Notes under the pieces: model-generated
Database searches by the model: none
What the model was told of the DNA's origin: nothing
Seen by the model: the letters and a program-made list of their open reading frames with translations, nothing else
Assembly (NCBI GenBank): GCA_944383325.1
Contig: CALWPC010000050.1
Coordinates: 60,235-124,234 of the forward strand
Length of the DNA: 64,000 nt
Reading direction: 5' to 3'
Origin: an uncultured Lachnospiraceae bacterium
GTDB lineage: Bacteria > Bacillota > Clostridia > Lachnospirales > Lachnospiraceae
Shown here: positions 9,432-20,264 of the stretch, piece by piece
Layout of the letters: each line of letters starts with the position of its first letter
How positions within the stretch are numbered: position 1 is the first letter of the stretch
Made by a program: the position numbers and the translations under genes

Positions 9432-10518
9432 CAAAACGGCAAAACTTGCGGTGTGCATGGCGGCTGTTTTGTGTTCTGCGTGCCTTCTGAGCGGATGCGG
9501 AAAGGACAGGGAAAGAGAAGAGCTGCTTGAACAGTCGTTAGTTTCCGCGGATGATGAGGAGATTGGAACAAGCACCGCTCAGATCGGAAGTCTCCGGGAG
9601 GAGCTTACATTCAGCGGCGAGGTTTATTATCCGGTAATCCGGGAAATCACCTGTCCGGAAAGCGGTTATGCGCTGAAACAAATTGTGGTGGAAGTGGGCG
9701 ATACCGTCAATTCGGGGGATCTGATTGCCGAGGTTGAGGCGCTGTCCGCAGAAGACGTCAATGCAAAGCAACAGCAGATTGATCAAAAGCAGAAGGAGCT
9801 AGAGGATGTCAGGGCATATACGAATCAGGAAATCAATTCTCTGACCGCTGAGCGGAATGCGGCCCAGACGGAGCTAGAACGGCAGATCTGCGATTTGAAA
9901 ATTCAGGAACAGCAGCTTACAATGGCGCATATGGAAGAAGAATACGCAAAGGAAATTGCCGGACTGGAGGAGGAAATGCAGCAAATTCAGTCCGCAGAGA
10001 CACTGGACGGAATCTACGCGCCGTATGACGGGGTGATCGAAGAAGTCAATTCGATTACTGCGGGGACGGTACTCACAGATTCCCGTCCGGTTGTGGCGAT
10101 GTATTCTGTGGAAACCTGCCTGATTACGGCCAAGAACCCCGGAAATGTCCGCTATGGCGATGCGGTGACTGTGACGGCGGGAATCGGCGACGGGCGCAGG
10201 GAATACAGCGGACAGATTGTCGGCGCGGATAATGCACTCGATGAAGGCATTCAGGATGGCAATCTCTATATTAAGCTGACGGAAGACTATGATCCGGAAA
10301 ATCTGAAAAATATTGAGATTGTGGCAACCGGCTATGAAGTCGAAGATGTTTTGGTTGTCAAAGCCAACGCGGTATTTGAGCAGAAGGATGAGAGTTATGT
10401 TTATTTGCTTCAGGATGATAAACTGATGCAGAGACATGTGATTGTCGGCGGTACCGACGGAGAGTACACCTGGATCTTGCAGGGGTTGTCCGAGGGCGAC
10501 GTCGTATCGATACAGTAG
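9421..10518 (+). CDS. HlyD/MacA-type efflux adaptor lipoprotein 3 (with coiled-coil hairpin)
   Basis: ATG at 9421 follows GGAAGGAG and overlaps the preceding stop by 11 nt. Lipobox LLSGC. GDTVNSGDLIAEVE, coiled coil (KQQQIDQKQKELEDVRAY...), IYAPYDGVI, and C-terminus QGLSEGDVVSIQ. Confidence 0.75.
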   Translation: MRNNKTAKLAVCMAAVLCSACLLSGCGKDREREELLEQSLVSADDEEIGTSTAQIGSLREELTFSGEVYYPVIREITCPESGYALKQIVVEVGDTVNSGDLIAEVEALSAEDVNAKQQQIDQKQKELEDVRAYTNQEINSLTAERNAAQTELERQICDLKIQEQQLTMAHMEEEYAKEIAGLEEEMQQIQSAETLDGIYAPYDGVIEEVNSITAGTVLTDSRPVVAMYSVETCLITAKNPGNVRYGDAVTVTAGIGDGRREYSGQIVGADNALDEGIQDGNLYIKLTEDYDPENLKNIEIVATGYEVEDVLVVKANAVFEQKDESYVYLLQDDKLMQRHVIVGGTDGEYTWILQGLSEGDVVSIQ

Positions 10519-10531
10519 GGGGTGAGCAGCG

Positions 10532-13510
10532 GTGTTGGATTTTGTTATCCAAAAAATGTTAAATCGAAAATGGATTGTGATTTGTCTGCTCATCGGCAAT
10601 ATTTTGCTTGTGGGTATTGCGTGCTGTAACCCGATGTATACGGATGCCGTACAGCAGAAGACGCTCAGCCGGAATATGAGCAAATTTGTAGAGGACTATA
10701 ATCGGTATCCGGGTACGATTCAACTGGATGCAAAATTGACTGTCAGTGAGGAGACAAATACAGCGGAGACATTTGTCCGCGCGCGGGATGCGATTGCCGA
10801 GATCAGGGATCGTCTTGCCGTTCCGTCTGTGATGGAAATTTACCATTATTATGTTCCAAAGTCGGAGGCAACGACAGATTATACATACGACGGAGAGCAG
10901 CTTCAGAAATCACTCGCCGTTGGCTGTATTTCCGATTTTCCGGAACATGTGCAGATGGTGTCCGGGGAGCTATATTCGGATGAAGTCGGGGAAGACGGCG
11001 TGATTGACGCGGTAATCAGTCAGAAGGGACTGGTAACGCAGAAGCTTCTGATCGGTGAAACGCTGACTTTTGATGATTTAAAGGATCAGGAGGGAGATCC
11101 GGTTCGCATCCGGATCAGCGGCGTGTTCGAAAACAGCGAGGAAGAAGACCTTTACTGGGTGAACAGTCCGAGTACGTTTACTTCGGAAATTTTAATTTCG
11201 GAGAATATTTTTAATGAGTATTTTATTGATTATGAACAGCCGGTCTATGATTTGCGGGGAGCGTTCTATCTGTTACTGGACGATGAGGAGATCTCGAGCG
11301 CGGATGTTGACACGCTGCTTGGCAGGACAAAAGAGTATTCAAACGAGTATTCGCAGTTGTCGAATGTTACGTTTCGGGCGTTTTATACAACGCTTCTGGA
11401 AGAACATCAGGTGACTGCCAGAAAAGTCCTCTCGACGCTTCAGATTTTGCAGGTACCTATTCTGGTGCTTTTGGCGGCGTTTATTTTTATGGTTTCCAGG
11501 CAGATTATGGAAATTGAAAAAAATGATATTGCGATTTTAAAGAGCCGCGGAGCGAGCAAGAAACAGTTAGTAACTAGTTACCTGATCCAGAGCAGTATTT
11601 TGGCGGGTATTGGACTGGTGGCCGGTATTCCGCTTTCCATGATTCTTTGTCAGATGTTCGGATCGGCAAATTCGTTTCTTGGATTTGTGCAGAGAAGTGC
11701 TCTCCATATCCGTATTTCGCCGACAGTGCTGCTTTATGCGCTGTTCGCTTCGGCGCTTTCTGTAATCGCGATGACGCTTCCGGTTTTGCGGTATGCGGAT
11801 TTGACGATTGTGGAACATAAGCAAAAACAGAGCGACAAGAAAAAACGGGTCTGGTGGCAGAAATATTTTCTGGATGTACTGTTATTGGCTGTGTCGCTGT
11901 ATGGTCTGTATACGTTTAGCAATCAGAGAGAGTCACTGGCGGAGAAGGTGGCGGACGGCGGCGCGTTGGATCCATTATTGTTTTTATCATCTTCATTGTT
12001 TATTATCGGGACGGGGCTGTTGGCGCTGCGTGTCATTCCGCTGCTGTTGTCCCTGATTTTCCGTATCTGGAAAAATAAGTGGGATCCGGCGGTGTATGCT
12101 TCATTCTTGCGAGTCCTGCGCACAAAAAACAAGATTTATTTTATTATGCTGTTTATGACGCTTACGATCTCACTTGGGATTTTTAATGCCAAGACAGCGC
12201 GCACAATTAATCAGAGTGAGGAGGAACGTATCAGCTACGCAGTGGGAGCAGATGTTGTGCTCCAGGAACGATGGAGCGACGAGGAGGAGTCAGAGGTTGA
12301 ACAGGCTGTTCAAGCACAGCTGACAGAGGATGAGCAGGATGGTGACCGCTCTGAAAACGATCGGAACGAATCCGATCAGCAGCCGCTCAACGCAGACGAT
12401 TACACAGAGCCTGATATTGATAAGTATGCTTCTATTGAAAATGTGGTTAATGTGACTAAAGTGTACCGCACGGAAGATGCGCATATTTCTGTGGAGGCAA
12501 CGGTGGCGGAAAAGCTCAATAAGGGGCGACAGATGACTGAGGAGGACAACGAAGAGAACGAGGATTGGGGAAGTCAGCAGGTGACATCGCAAAACATTAT
12601 CCTGATGGGAATCCAGACAAAGGGGTTTGGCGAGATCTCCTGGTTTCGGGATAATTTGCTGCCGACACATTGGTATCATTATTTGAATGCCATTTCACAA
12701 AATGCTTCGGCCGTTCTGGTGTCTTCGAACTTCAGAGATCAGCTAGGCTATCAACTCGGAGATGCGCTCACATATACAACGGCGACCGGAGCCAGTGTGC
12801 AGGGGACTATTTTTGGCTTTGTAGATTACTGGCCGACGTATCAGCCGACGACGACGGAGACGGCGGACGACGGGACAGAGGTTACCCTGGATGAATATCT
12901 GGTAGTGGCCAATTTACAAAAGCTTCAGACGGTAGACGGAGTGTTGCCCTACCAGGTTTGGTTGGATGTGGACGGTTCCACACAGCCGATTTATGATTTC
13001 ATTGGTGAAAAGCAGATTAAGCTTGTCAGCTTTGAGGATCGGCAGGCGGATCTGATTGATATGAAAAATGAGCCGATGATTCAGGGCACGAACGGAAGCC
13101 TGACGGTTGGTTTTATTGTAGTGCTTATTTTGTGCGGGGTAGGCTTTTTGATCTACTGGATTATTTCCATTCAGTCGCGCGCGCTGCAGTTTGGTATTTT
13201 CCGCGCAATGGGTATGACGATGCGGGAGTTAATCGAAATGTTGATCGGCGAGCAGGTTTTCATTACGTTGCCGTCGCTGATTATGGGCGCAGTCATCGGA
13301 CTGGTGGCATCCAGTTTGTATATTCCGCTCATTCAGATTGCATATCAGAGCACAGAGACGGTGCTTCCTGTTCTGGTAGAGTCTGCAGTGGCTGACATTA
13401 TCAAAATGTTTATTGTCGTTTTGGTTGTCATCGCGATCTGCATTGCAATACTGGGATGGCTGATTTCAAAAATTAAAATTTCGCAGGCGCTGAAATTGGG
13501 CGAGGATTAA
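10532..13510 (+). CDS. ABC transporter permease with two FtsX domains and two large extracytoplasmic domains
   Basis: About 10 predicted TM helices. Large loops lie after TM1 and before the last three helices. FtsX-type helices appear twice (IAILKSRGASKKQL..., FGIFRAMGMTMRELI...). An acidic insert sits in the second loop. Confidence 0.8.
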   Translation: MLDFVIQKMLNRKWIVICLLIGNILLVGIACCNPMYTDAVQQKTLSRNMSKFVEDYNRYPGTIQLDAKLTVSEETNTAETFVRARDAIAEIRDRLAVPSVMEIYHYYVPKSEATTDYTYDGEQLQKSLAVGCISDFPEHVQMVSGELYSDEVGEDGVIDAVISQKGLVTQKLLIGETLTFDDLKDQEGDPVRIRISGVFENSEEEDLYWVNSPSTFTSEILISENIFNEYFIDYEQPVYDLRGAFYLLLDDEEISSADVDTLLGRTKEYSNEYSQLSNVTFRAFYTTLLEEHQVTARKVLSTLQILQVPILVLLAAFIFMVSRQIMEIEKNDIAILKSRGASKKQLVTSYLIQSSILAGIGLVAGIPLSMILCQMFGSANSFLGFVQRSALHIRISPTVLLYALFASALSVIAMTLPVLRYADLTIVEHKQKQSDKKKRVWWQKYFLDVLLLAVSLYGLYTFSNQRESLAEKVADGGALDPLLFLSSSLFIIGTGLLALRVIPLLLSLIFRIWKNKWDPAVYASFLRVLRTKNKIYFIMLFMTLTISLGIFNAKTARTINQSEEERISYAVGADVVLQERWSDEEESEVEQAVQAQLTEDEQDGDRSENDRNESDQQPLNADDYTEPDIDKYASIENVVNVTKVYRTEDAHISVEATVAEKLNKGRQMTEEDNEENEDWGSQQVTSQNIILMGIQTKGFGEISWFRDNLLPTHWYHYLNAISQNASAVLVSSNFRDQLGYQLGDALTYTTATGASVQGTIFGFVDYWPTYQPTTTETADDGTEVTLDEYLVVANLQKLQTVDGVLPYQVWLDVDGSTQPIYDFIGEKQIKLVSFEDRQADLIDMKNEPMIQGTNGSLTVGFIVVLILCGVGFLIYWIISIQSRALQFGIFRAMGMTMRELIEMLIGEQVFITLPSLIMGAVIGLVASSLYIPLIQIAYQSTETVLPVLVESAVADIIKMFIVVLVVIAICIAILGWLISKIKISQALKLGED

Positions 13511-13533
13511 AATGCAGAATGAGAGGTGATTGC

Positions 13534-14215
13534 ATGGAGTGGACTGAAGGTATTATGATGGAGACAAGAAATGTCAGCCGGTGTTTTCCAATGCCGGACG
13601 GAGAGGACTTTTATGCGCTCAGAGACATTAACATCGGTATTCCCGCCCACCGTTTGACTATTCTGCGCGGACGGTCCGGTTCAGGGAAGACGACGCTGAT
13701 GAATATTCTCGGAGCGCTTGACAAACCGAGCACCGGCCAGCTTCTGTTTGACGGGGAGGATATAACCGGCTGGAATGAAGATCAGTGCAGTTTGATGAGA
13801 CGGGAAAAAGTCGGATTTGTTTTTCAGTCAGTGGCACTGATTCCGATGATGACGGCATATGAAAATGTGGAGTACGCGCTGCGACTTTCCGGATATGAGG
13901 GAAACCGGCAGGAGCGCGTGGAGGAATGTCTGAAAATGGTCGGCCTGTCCGCCCGCATGCATCATATGCCGGAGGAAATGTCCGGTGGGGAGCAGCAGCG
14001 CGTGGCGATTGCCAGAGCGATTGCACACAGGCCGAAAGTGCTCTTTGCGGATGAGCCGACAGCAGAGTTGGATACGAATACGGGACTGCAAGTTGTGAAA
14101 ATTTTTAAGACGCTTGTGGAACAGGACGGGGCGACTATTGTGATGACAACGCATGACGTCGGTTTGATGGAAATCGGGGATAAAGTATTTGAACTGGAGG
14201 ACGGTGAGATCATCA

Positions 14216-14226
<11 letters not shown>
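13534..14226 (+). CDS. ABC transporter ATP-binding protein A (MacB/LolD-like NBD)
   Basis: Walker A GRSGSGKTT, signature MSGGEQQRVAIARA, Walker B LFADEPTAELD, H-loop TTHD. The ATG at 13534 follows AGAGGTG. Confidence 0.9.
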
Positions 14227-15130
<904 letters not shown>

Positions 15131-15306
15131 ATGTGCAGCGCTTTACGGGTTGGCAGCAGTGGCGTTGATTGATAAAGTGCAGGCGTGTCTTCAAATATCG
15201 ATGCAAATAGTGGAATTTCGTGTTATAATCAAATCATAAAAGTCAATTTAGGCAACATCGATATTGATGGAAGACGCGAAAATACAGTGAGGGAGGACAT
15301 GGAGCA

Positions 15307-17151
15307 GTGGCGGACGCAAAGAAGGTATCGGACAGCAAATGCTCGTTTACAAAGAGTCGAGGTCAAACAATCCCGCTAGGGGTTTCAAAGACAAATGCAG
15401 GAATTAATTTTTCGGTCTGTGTAAAGCGGGATCAATCCTGCGCGCTTGTGTTGTATCAACGGGGAGAACGTCAGCCGTTCGCAAAAGTCGCCCTGGATGT
15501 ATGCGATGGACAGGGTGACGTGCGTGCGGTTGAGCTTGCGGGACTGTCCGGCAGACATCTGGAATATGTGTATGAAATCGACGGTCAGGAAGTGCCGGAT
15601 CCGTATGCGAGATGTATTTATGGCACAAAAAAATATGGAGAGACGCCGCAGTATGTGCGGTGCGGCATTCCAGACGGAGATTACGACTGGGAAGATGACC
15701 GGGCGCCGGCGCATCCGCTGAGCGATGTGATTGCCTATAATCTTCATGTGCGTGGATTTACAAAAGATGTCTCCTCGAAGGTGAAAAAAAAGGGCACGTT
15801 TGGAGGAATTATAGAGAAAATCCCATATCTGTGCGAGCTCGGGGTGAATCAGATTGAATTGATGCCGGCGTATGAATTTCCGGAGCTATATTCGGATCCG
15901 GCCCTGATGACGCCGGAAATCACAAAGAAAAATTATTGGGGTTACGGTCCTGCGCTCTTTTTTGCACCCAAGGCGTCCTATGCGGCGTCGGATCGTCCGT
16001 GCACGGAATTCAAAGATTTGGTGAAAGCCTGTCACCGGTCGGGCATCGAACTGGTAATGGAGTTTTATTTTCCTGAACACACGAGCCTGGCGATGATTGC
16101 CGACTGCCTGCGTTACTGGGTGATGGAATATCATGTAGACGGGTTTCACATCAATGCGCTGCCAACCGGTTATATGAGCAGTCTGGCGGTGGATCCGATT
16201 CTGTCAGCGACCAAACTGTATGCATCGGATTTTCCCGATTTGAGTGCCGAGGCGGATGCCGGTCATCTTGCACGCTATCACGACGGCTTCAGTGGGGCAA
16301 TGCGGAGGATTTTAAAGGGAGACGAAGATCAGCTTCACGCTTTTATGTATTATTTGTGCGAACACCCGCAAGACACAGGGGTGATCCATTATATCACCAG
16401 TCACAACGGGTTTACGCTGTGCGATTTGGTGTCCTATGATCAGAAGCACAATGAGGACAATCACCAGAATAACTGCGACGGGAGTGATTTCAATTTCAGT
16501 TGGAATTGTGGCCAGGAGGGAAGAAGCCGAAAGCGCAAAGTACTCGCTCTTCGCCGCAAACAGATGAAAAATGCGCTAGCGCTGCTGTTGTTTTCGCAGG
16601 GGACGCCAATGCTGCTTGCGGGCGACGAATGCGGCAATTCCCAGGAGGGAAACAATAATCCATATTGCCATGACAGCAAGCTGACCTGGGTGCAGTGGAA
16701 TAATGCAGTTTCAAAAGAAATGCAGCCGTTTGTCAGGAAATTGATTGCACTGCGGAAACGTCATCCGATTTTACACAGCGCGGAGCCGCTGAAATCCATG
16801 GACGTCAATGGGAACGGTTATCCGGATGTATCGTTTCACAGTGACAAAGCGTGGTATGTGGAGATGGAGCCGTACCGGAGACATGTCGGGGTCATGTACT
16901 GTGCAAGTCAGACGGATTTTTTATACGTGGCTTTTAATTTTCACTGGCTTTCGCATGATTTTGCGCTTCCTTACCTGCCCTCACAATATGTCTGGAAGAT
17001 GCTTATGGATACGAGCGTTGAGGGAGAGCATTGTATCGAAGAGCCGGAAAATGCGGTCAGCATTTCTGATCAGAGAAAAATTGTCGTACCGGAGCGCACC
17101 GTGGTACTGTTGATTGCACAGGAAAGAGAACCGGAGCAGCAAGAGAAATGA
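15307..17151 (+). CDS. GH13 glycogen-debranching enzyme / isoamylase-type (GlgX-like)
   Basis: N-terminal GlgX-like strand (RGQTIPLGVSKTNAGINFSV). GH13 blocks include GIELVMEF, YHVDGFHINA, LLAGDECGNSQ.GNNN.YC, and WNCG.EG. GTG start lies 10 nt after GGAGG. Confidence 0.75.
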   Translation: MADAKKVSDSKCSFTKSRGQTIPLGVSKTNAGINFSVCVKRDQSCALVLYQRGERQPFAKVALDVCDGQGDVRAVELAGLSGRHLEYVYEIDGQEVPDPYARCIYGTKKYGETPQYVRCGIPDGDYDWEDDRAPAHPLSDVIAYNLHVRGFTKDVSSKVKKKGTFGGIIEKIPYLCELGVNQIELMPAYEFPELYSDPALMTPEITKKNYWGYGPALFFAPKASYAASDRPCTEFKDLVKACHRSGIELVMEFYFPEHTSLAMIADCLRYWVMEYHVDGFHINALPTGYMSSLAVDPILSATKLYASDFPDLSAEADAGHLARYHDGFSGAMRRILKGDEDQLHAFMYYLCEHPQDTGVIHYITSHNGFTLCDLVSYDQKHNEDNHQNNCDGSDFNFSWNCGQEGRSRKRKVLALRRKQMKNALALLLFSQGTPMLLAGDECGNSQEGNNNPYCHDSKLTWVQWNNAVSKEMQPFVRKLIALRKRHPILHSAEPLKSMDVNGNGYPDVSFHSDKAWYVEMEPYRRHVGVMYCASQTDFLYVAFNFHWLSHDFALPYLPSQYVWKMLMDTSVEGEHCIEEPENAVSISDQRKIVVPERTVVLLIAQEREPEQQEK

Positions 17152-17933
17152 AGCAGCTGCAGAGGGGGTTTGGAGGCTATGCCGGAGAGCTTGGTAGTTC
17201 AGAGTTAAAATGGATTGCCATGCTCTGCATGGTGATTGATCATATCGGTGCGGTGTTTGAGGTGCAGCTTGCCGGATGGTATGATGTTTTCCGGCTGATT
17301 GGCAGATTTGCGTTTCCGATATATTGTTTCTTACTGGTATACGGGGTTGTGCACACGCACAGCCGTTTCCGGTATGCCTTGCGGCTGTTGTGTTTTGCCT
17401 TCATCAGCGAGCCGTGCTTTGATCTGGTGTTTCACCATACGCTGTTGGAATTTGATTCGCAGAATGTGTTTTTTACGCTGTTCCTTTCCTGTTGTATGTT
17501 GTGTGTTTGGGATTGGTGCCCAAAGTGGTGGGGCAGATGGTTAAGCGTGTGTGCTGCTGCGGCGGCAGCGGTGCTGCTTCGGTGCGACTATACTTATCGG
17601 GGTATTTTCTTTGTCTTTTGTTTTGACCAGATGAGAAGAGGGGCCGATTCCGGGCGCAGGCATATACAGACAGCGGCGGCAGTGCTTTTTATTGCGGTGG
17701 ATTTGTTTTGCTTTGGGCGTATCCTGACCGGAGACGGCCGGATTGCGTGGCCGTTGTTGCCGCAGAGGCTGTTTGGATTTTATAATCAGGACGTGGCCGT
17801 CCTGGCGCTTGTACTTCCCGCTGTGTACGGAGAACAAAGGCACGGCCGGCAGAGCGGTTGGCAAAAGTGGATGTACTATGCTTTTTATCCGGCGCATTTG
17901 TTGGCATTATATTTTATTGCATCTTTTGTATAA
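17148..17933 (+). CDS. TraX family integral membrane protein
   Basis: LKWIAMLCMVIDHIGAVF opening motif and a multi-TM profile typical of the TraX family. The start ATG overlaps the glgX-like stop (ATGA). Confidence 0.65.
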   Translation: MKQLQRGFGGYAGELGSSELKWIAMLCMVIDHIGAVFEVQLAGWYDVFRLIGRFAFPIYCFLLVYGVVHTHSRFRYALRLLCFAFISEPCFDLVFHHTLLEFDSQNVFFTLFLSCCMLCVWDWCPKWWGRWLSVCAAAAAAVLLRCDYTYRGIFFVFCFDQMRRGADSGRRHIQTAAAVLFIAVDLFCFGRILTGDGRIAWPLLPQRLFGFYNQDVAVLALVLPAVYGEQRHGRQSGWQKWMYYAFYPAHLLALYFIASFV

Positions 17934-18022
17934 ATTATGATACAATAGATAGGCAGTGATGCCTGGTGATCATGCATCACTGTACAATATTTTAAGGAGT
18001 TACCCGGAGGTTTAAGTGGTTT

Positions 18023-19027
18023 ATGATTCAAGATAAAAAGACATTATTCAGCGGTATGCAGGCGACAGGGACATTGACGCTCGGTAATTTTGCGGGAGCG
18101 CTCAAAAATTGGGTGACACTTAGCGACCAATATGAGTGTTTTTACTGCGTAGTGGATTTGCATTCGATTACCGTGCGGCAGGATCCGTCGACGCTGCGCA
18201 AACGCGCGCGCGATCTGTTGACGCTTTATATTGCAGCCGGACTGGATCCGGTAAAAAATTGTATTTATTACCAGTCACATGTCTCTGCGCATGCGGAATT
18301 GGCATGGATTTTAAATTGTTTTACTTATATGGGAGAATTAAACCGCATGACGCAGTATAAAGATAAATGCGCCAAACATGCGGATAATATTAATGCCGGC
18401 CTGTTTACATACCCGGTGCTGATGGCGGCGGATATTTTGCTGTTTCAGTCGGATGTCGTGCCGGTAGGCATAGACCAGATGCAGCATCTGGAAATTACGA
18501 GAGATATTGCGCAGCGTTTTAACGGCATTTATGGCGAGGTATTTACGATACCGGAAGCATATATCGGCAAATCAGGGGCAAAAATCATGTCGCTTCAGGA
18601 TCCGACAAAGAAAATGTCCAAATCCGACGAGAATCCGAACGCGAGTATTTATCTGACCGATGATCCCGATACGGTCATCCGTAAGTGCAAGCGCGCAGTG
18701 ACCGATTCCGGGAATGAAATTGTATACCGGGAGGATAAGCCGGGCATTTGCAATCTCATGGATATTTATATGGCTATGACCGGCAGGAGTGTAGCTGAGG
18801 TGGAGCGCGAGTTTGACGGAAAAGGCTATGGAGAGTTTAAGATGGCGGTTGGCGAAGCCGTTGTCTCGGTGCTTCGGCCAATCCAGGAGCGGGCGGAGAG
18901 TCTTAGAAAAGACAAGGCATATCTTGATTCGATTATCAAAGAAAACGGAGAAAAGGCGGCGTACATTGCAAATAAGACTTTGCGCAAGGTTCAGCGCAAG
19001 GTTGGATTTCCAGATCGGATCCGTTGA
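18023..19027 (+). CDS. trpS: Tryptophan--tRNA ligase
   Basis: FSGMQATGTLTLGNFAG (HIGH-region equivalent), KMSKS motif (KKMSKSDEN), and 334 aa length. Confidence 0.95.
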   Translation: MIQDKKTLFSGMQATGTLTLGNFAGALKNWVTLSDQYECFYCVVDLHSITVRQDPSTLRKRARDLLTLYIAAGLDPVKNCIYYQSHVSAHAELAWILNCFTYMGELNRMTQYKDKCAKHADNINAGLFTYPVLMAADILLFQSDVVPVGIDQMQHLEITRDIAQRFNGIYGEVFTIPEAYIGKSGAKIMSLQDPTKKMSKSDENPNASIYLTDDPDTVIRKCKRAVTDSGNEIVYREDKPGICNLMDIYMAMTGRSVAEVEREFDGKGYGEFKMAVGEAVVSVLRPIQERAESLRKDKAYLDSIIKENGEKAAYIANKTLRKVQRKVGFPDRIR

Positions 19028-19095
19028 GCGGACAGGTTGGATCATTACACAAAGCGAGTGGTCGTAACACGGGATCGGTGTGAAGGAGGCTCATT

Positions 19096-20160
19096 ATGGC
19101 AGCAGGCAGAGATGTTTTGTATGTGGGAACATATACACACGGTACAAGCGTAGGCGTACATATTTATGATATGGATCCGGAAGTCGGCGCGCTGACGGAG
19201 CGAAAAGTGATTCCAATTAATAATGCGTCGTATCTGACCGTGTCGCGCAGCGGAAAATATTTATACTCGATTGCGGATGAAGGCGTGGAGGCGTACCGTA
19301 TTCTTCCCGACGGAGATCTGGAGTATATTAATCAGGCGGGCATTCGGGGAATGCGTGGATGCTATTTATCGACAGACAGCAAAGACCGGTTTTTATATGT
19401 GGCCGGTTATCATGACGGAAAAGTGACGGTCATGTCGCTGAATAAAGACGGCAGTATCGGTCATATATGCGACGGGATTTTTCACAAAGGAATCGGGAGC
19501 GTTGCGGACCGGAATTTTCGCCCGCATGTAAACTGCGTCATTCCGACGCCGGATGAAAAGTATTTGTGCGCAGTCGATCTGGGACTGGATCATGTAAAGA
19601 TCTACAGTGTGGATCCACATACCGGAAAACTGCGGTTAGTAGATATATTGCGGTGCGAGCTAGAATGTGGACCTCGCCATATGCTTTTTAGCAAAGACGG
19701 CCGCTTTGCCTATCTGATCTGTGAGATCAAAAATTATATTTCGGTGTATGCTTATGACGGAAGCGGAAAAAACCCGAAATTCGAATGGATTGAGAATGTG
19801 CGTACGATCAGCGATCAGTCGGCGAAGAGTAACAGCGCGGCTTCCGGCATGAAGCTTTCGAAAGACGGGCAGTATTTGTATTGTTCGAACGCCGGCGAGA
19901 ACAGTATGGGTATTTTTCGAGTGAATCAGCAGGATGGGACATTGGAGAAAGTTTGTATTTTGCCTGTGAGCGGAGATTATCCGAAGGATATTGATGTGTT
20001 TTCCGGGAATCAATTTGTTCTTGCACTCAATCATGAGTCGAATTCCATCACGACCTTTCATGTGAATTATGAAAAGGGTACGATTGCGATGAATCGGGCG
20101 CCGTTATATGTGGAAACGCCGAATTGCGCACTGGTACTGCATTTGGATGAAACCGACTGA
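19096..20160 (+). CDS. Lactonase family protein, 7-bladed beta-propeller (6-phosphogluconolactonase-like)
   Basis: Repeated blade pattern (YVGTY, SGKYLY, DRFLYVAGY, KYLCAVDLG.D, RFAYLICE, QYLYCSNAG) typical of the PF10282 lactonase family. Confidence 0.7.
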   Translation: MAAGRDVLYVGTYTHGTSVGVHIYDMDPEVGALTERKVIPINNASYLTVSRSGKYLYSIADEGVEAYRILPDGDLEYINQAGIRGMRGCYLSTDSKDRFLYVAGYHDGKVTVMSLNKDGSIGHICDGIFHKGIGSVADRNFRPHVNCVIPTPDEKYLCAVDLGLDHVKIYSVDPHTGKLRLVDILRCELECGPRHMLFSKDGRFAYLICEIKNYISVYAYDGSGKNPKFEWIENVRTISDQSAKSNSAASGMKLSKDGQYLYCSNAGENSMGIFRVNQQDGTLEKVCILPVSGDYPKDIDVFSGNQFVLALNHESNSITTFHVNYEKGTIAMNRAPLYVETPNCALVLHLDETD

Positions 20161-20264
20161 TGAGCACAAAACCGTTCTCATACTACCGCAGTTGATGAAT
20201 CGCCTGTAATGATATTTGCAAAGGCGTATTGCTCGCGGAGGTGAGAACGGCTTTTCTTTGTTGT

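Noticed and set aside
7887-10683. Long minus-strand ORFs (7887-8606, 9874-10683) opposite the adaptor genes
   Set aside because: These are shadow ORFs of well-supported plus-strand genes, with no RBS and composition typical of an antisense frame.
17934-18022. T-box leaders upstream of trpS (also glyQS at 31916-31987 and argS at 56432-56599)
   Set aside because: The leaders are only ~70-170 nt, too short for a T-box. No AGGGUGGNACCGCG-type T-box sequence or specifier-loop architecture was seen.
20161-20264. Long-range inverted repeat CCGTTCTCA ... TGAGAACGG between the lactonase gene and aroC, considered as a possible riboswitch or regulatory element
   Set aside because: It has a 9-bp stem with a ~60-nt loop between convergent gene ends. 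It most simply acts as a shared terminator region, and no conserved riboswitch motifs were recognised.
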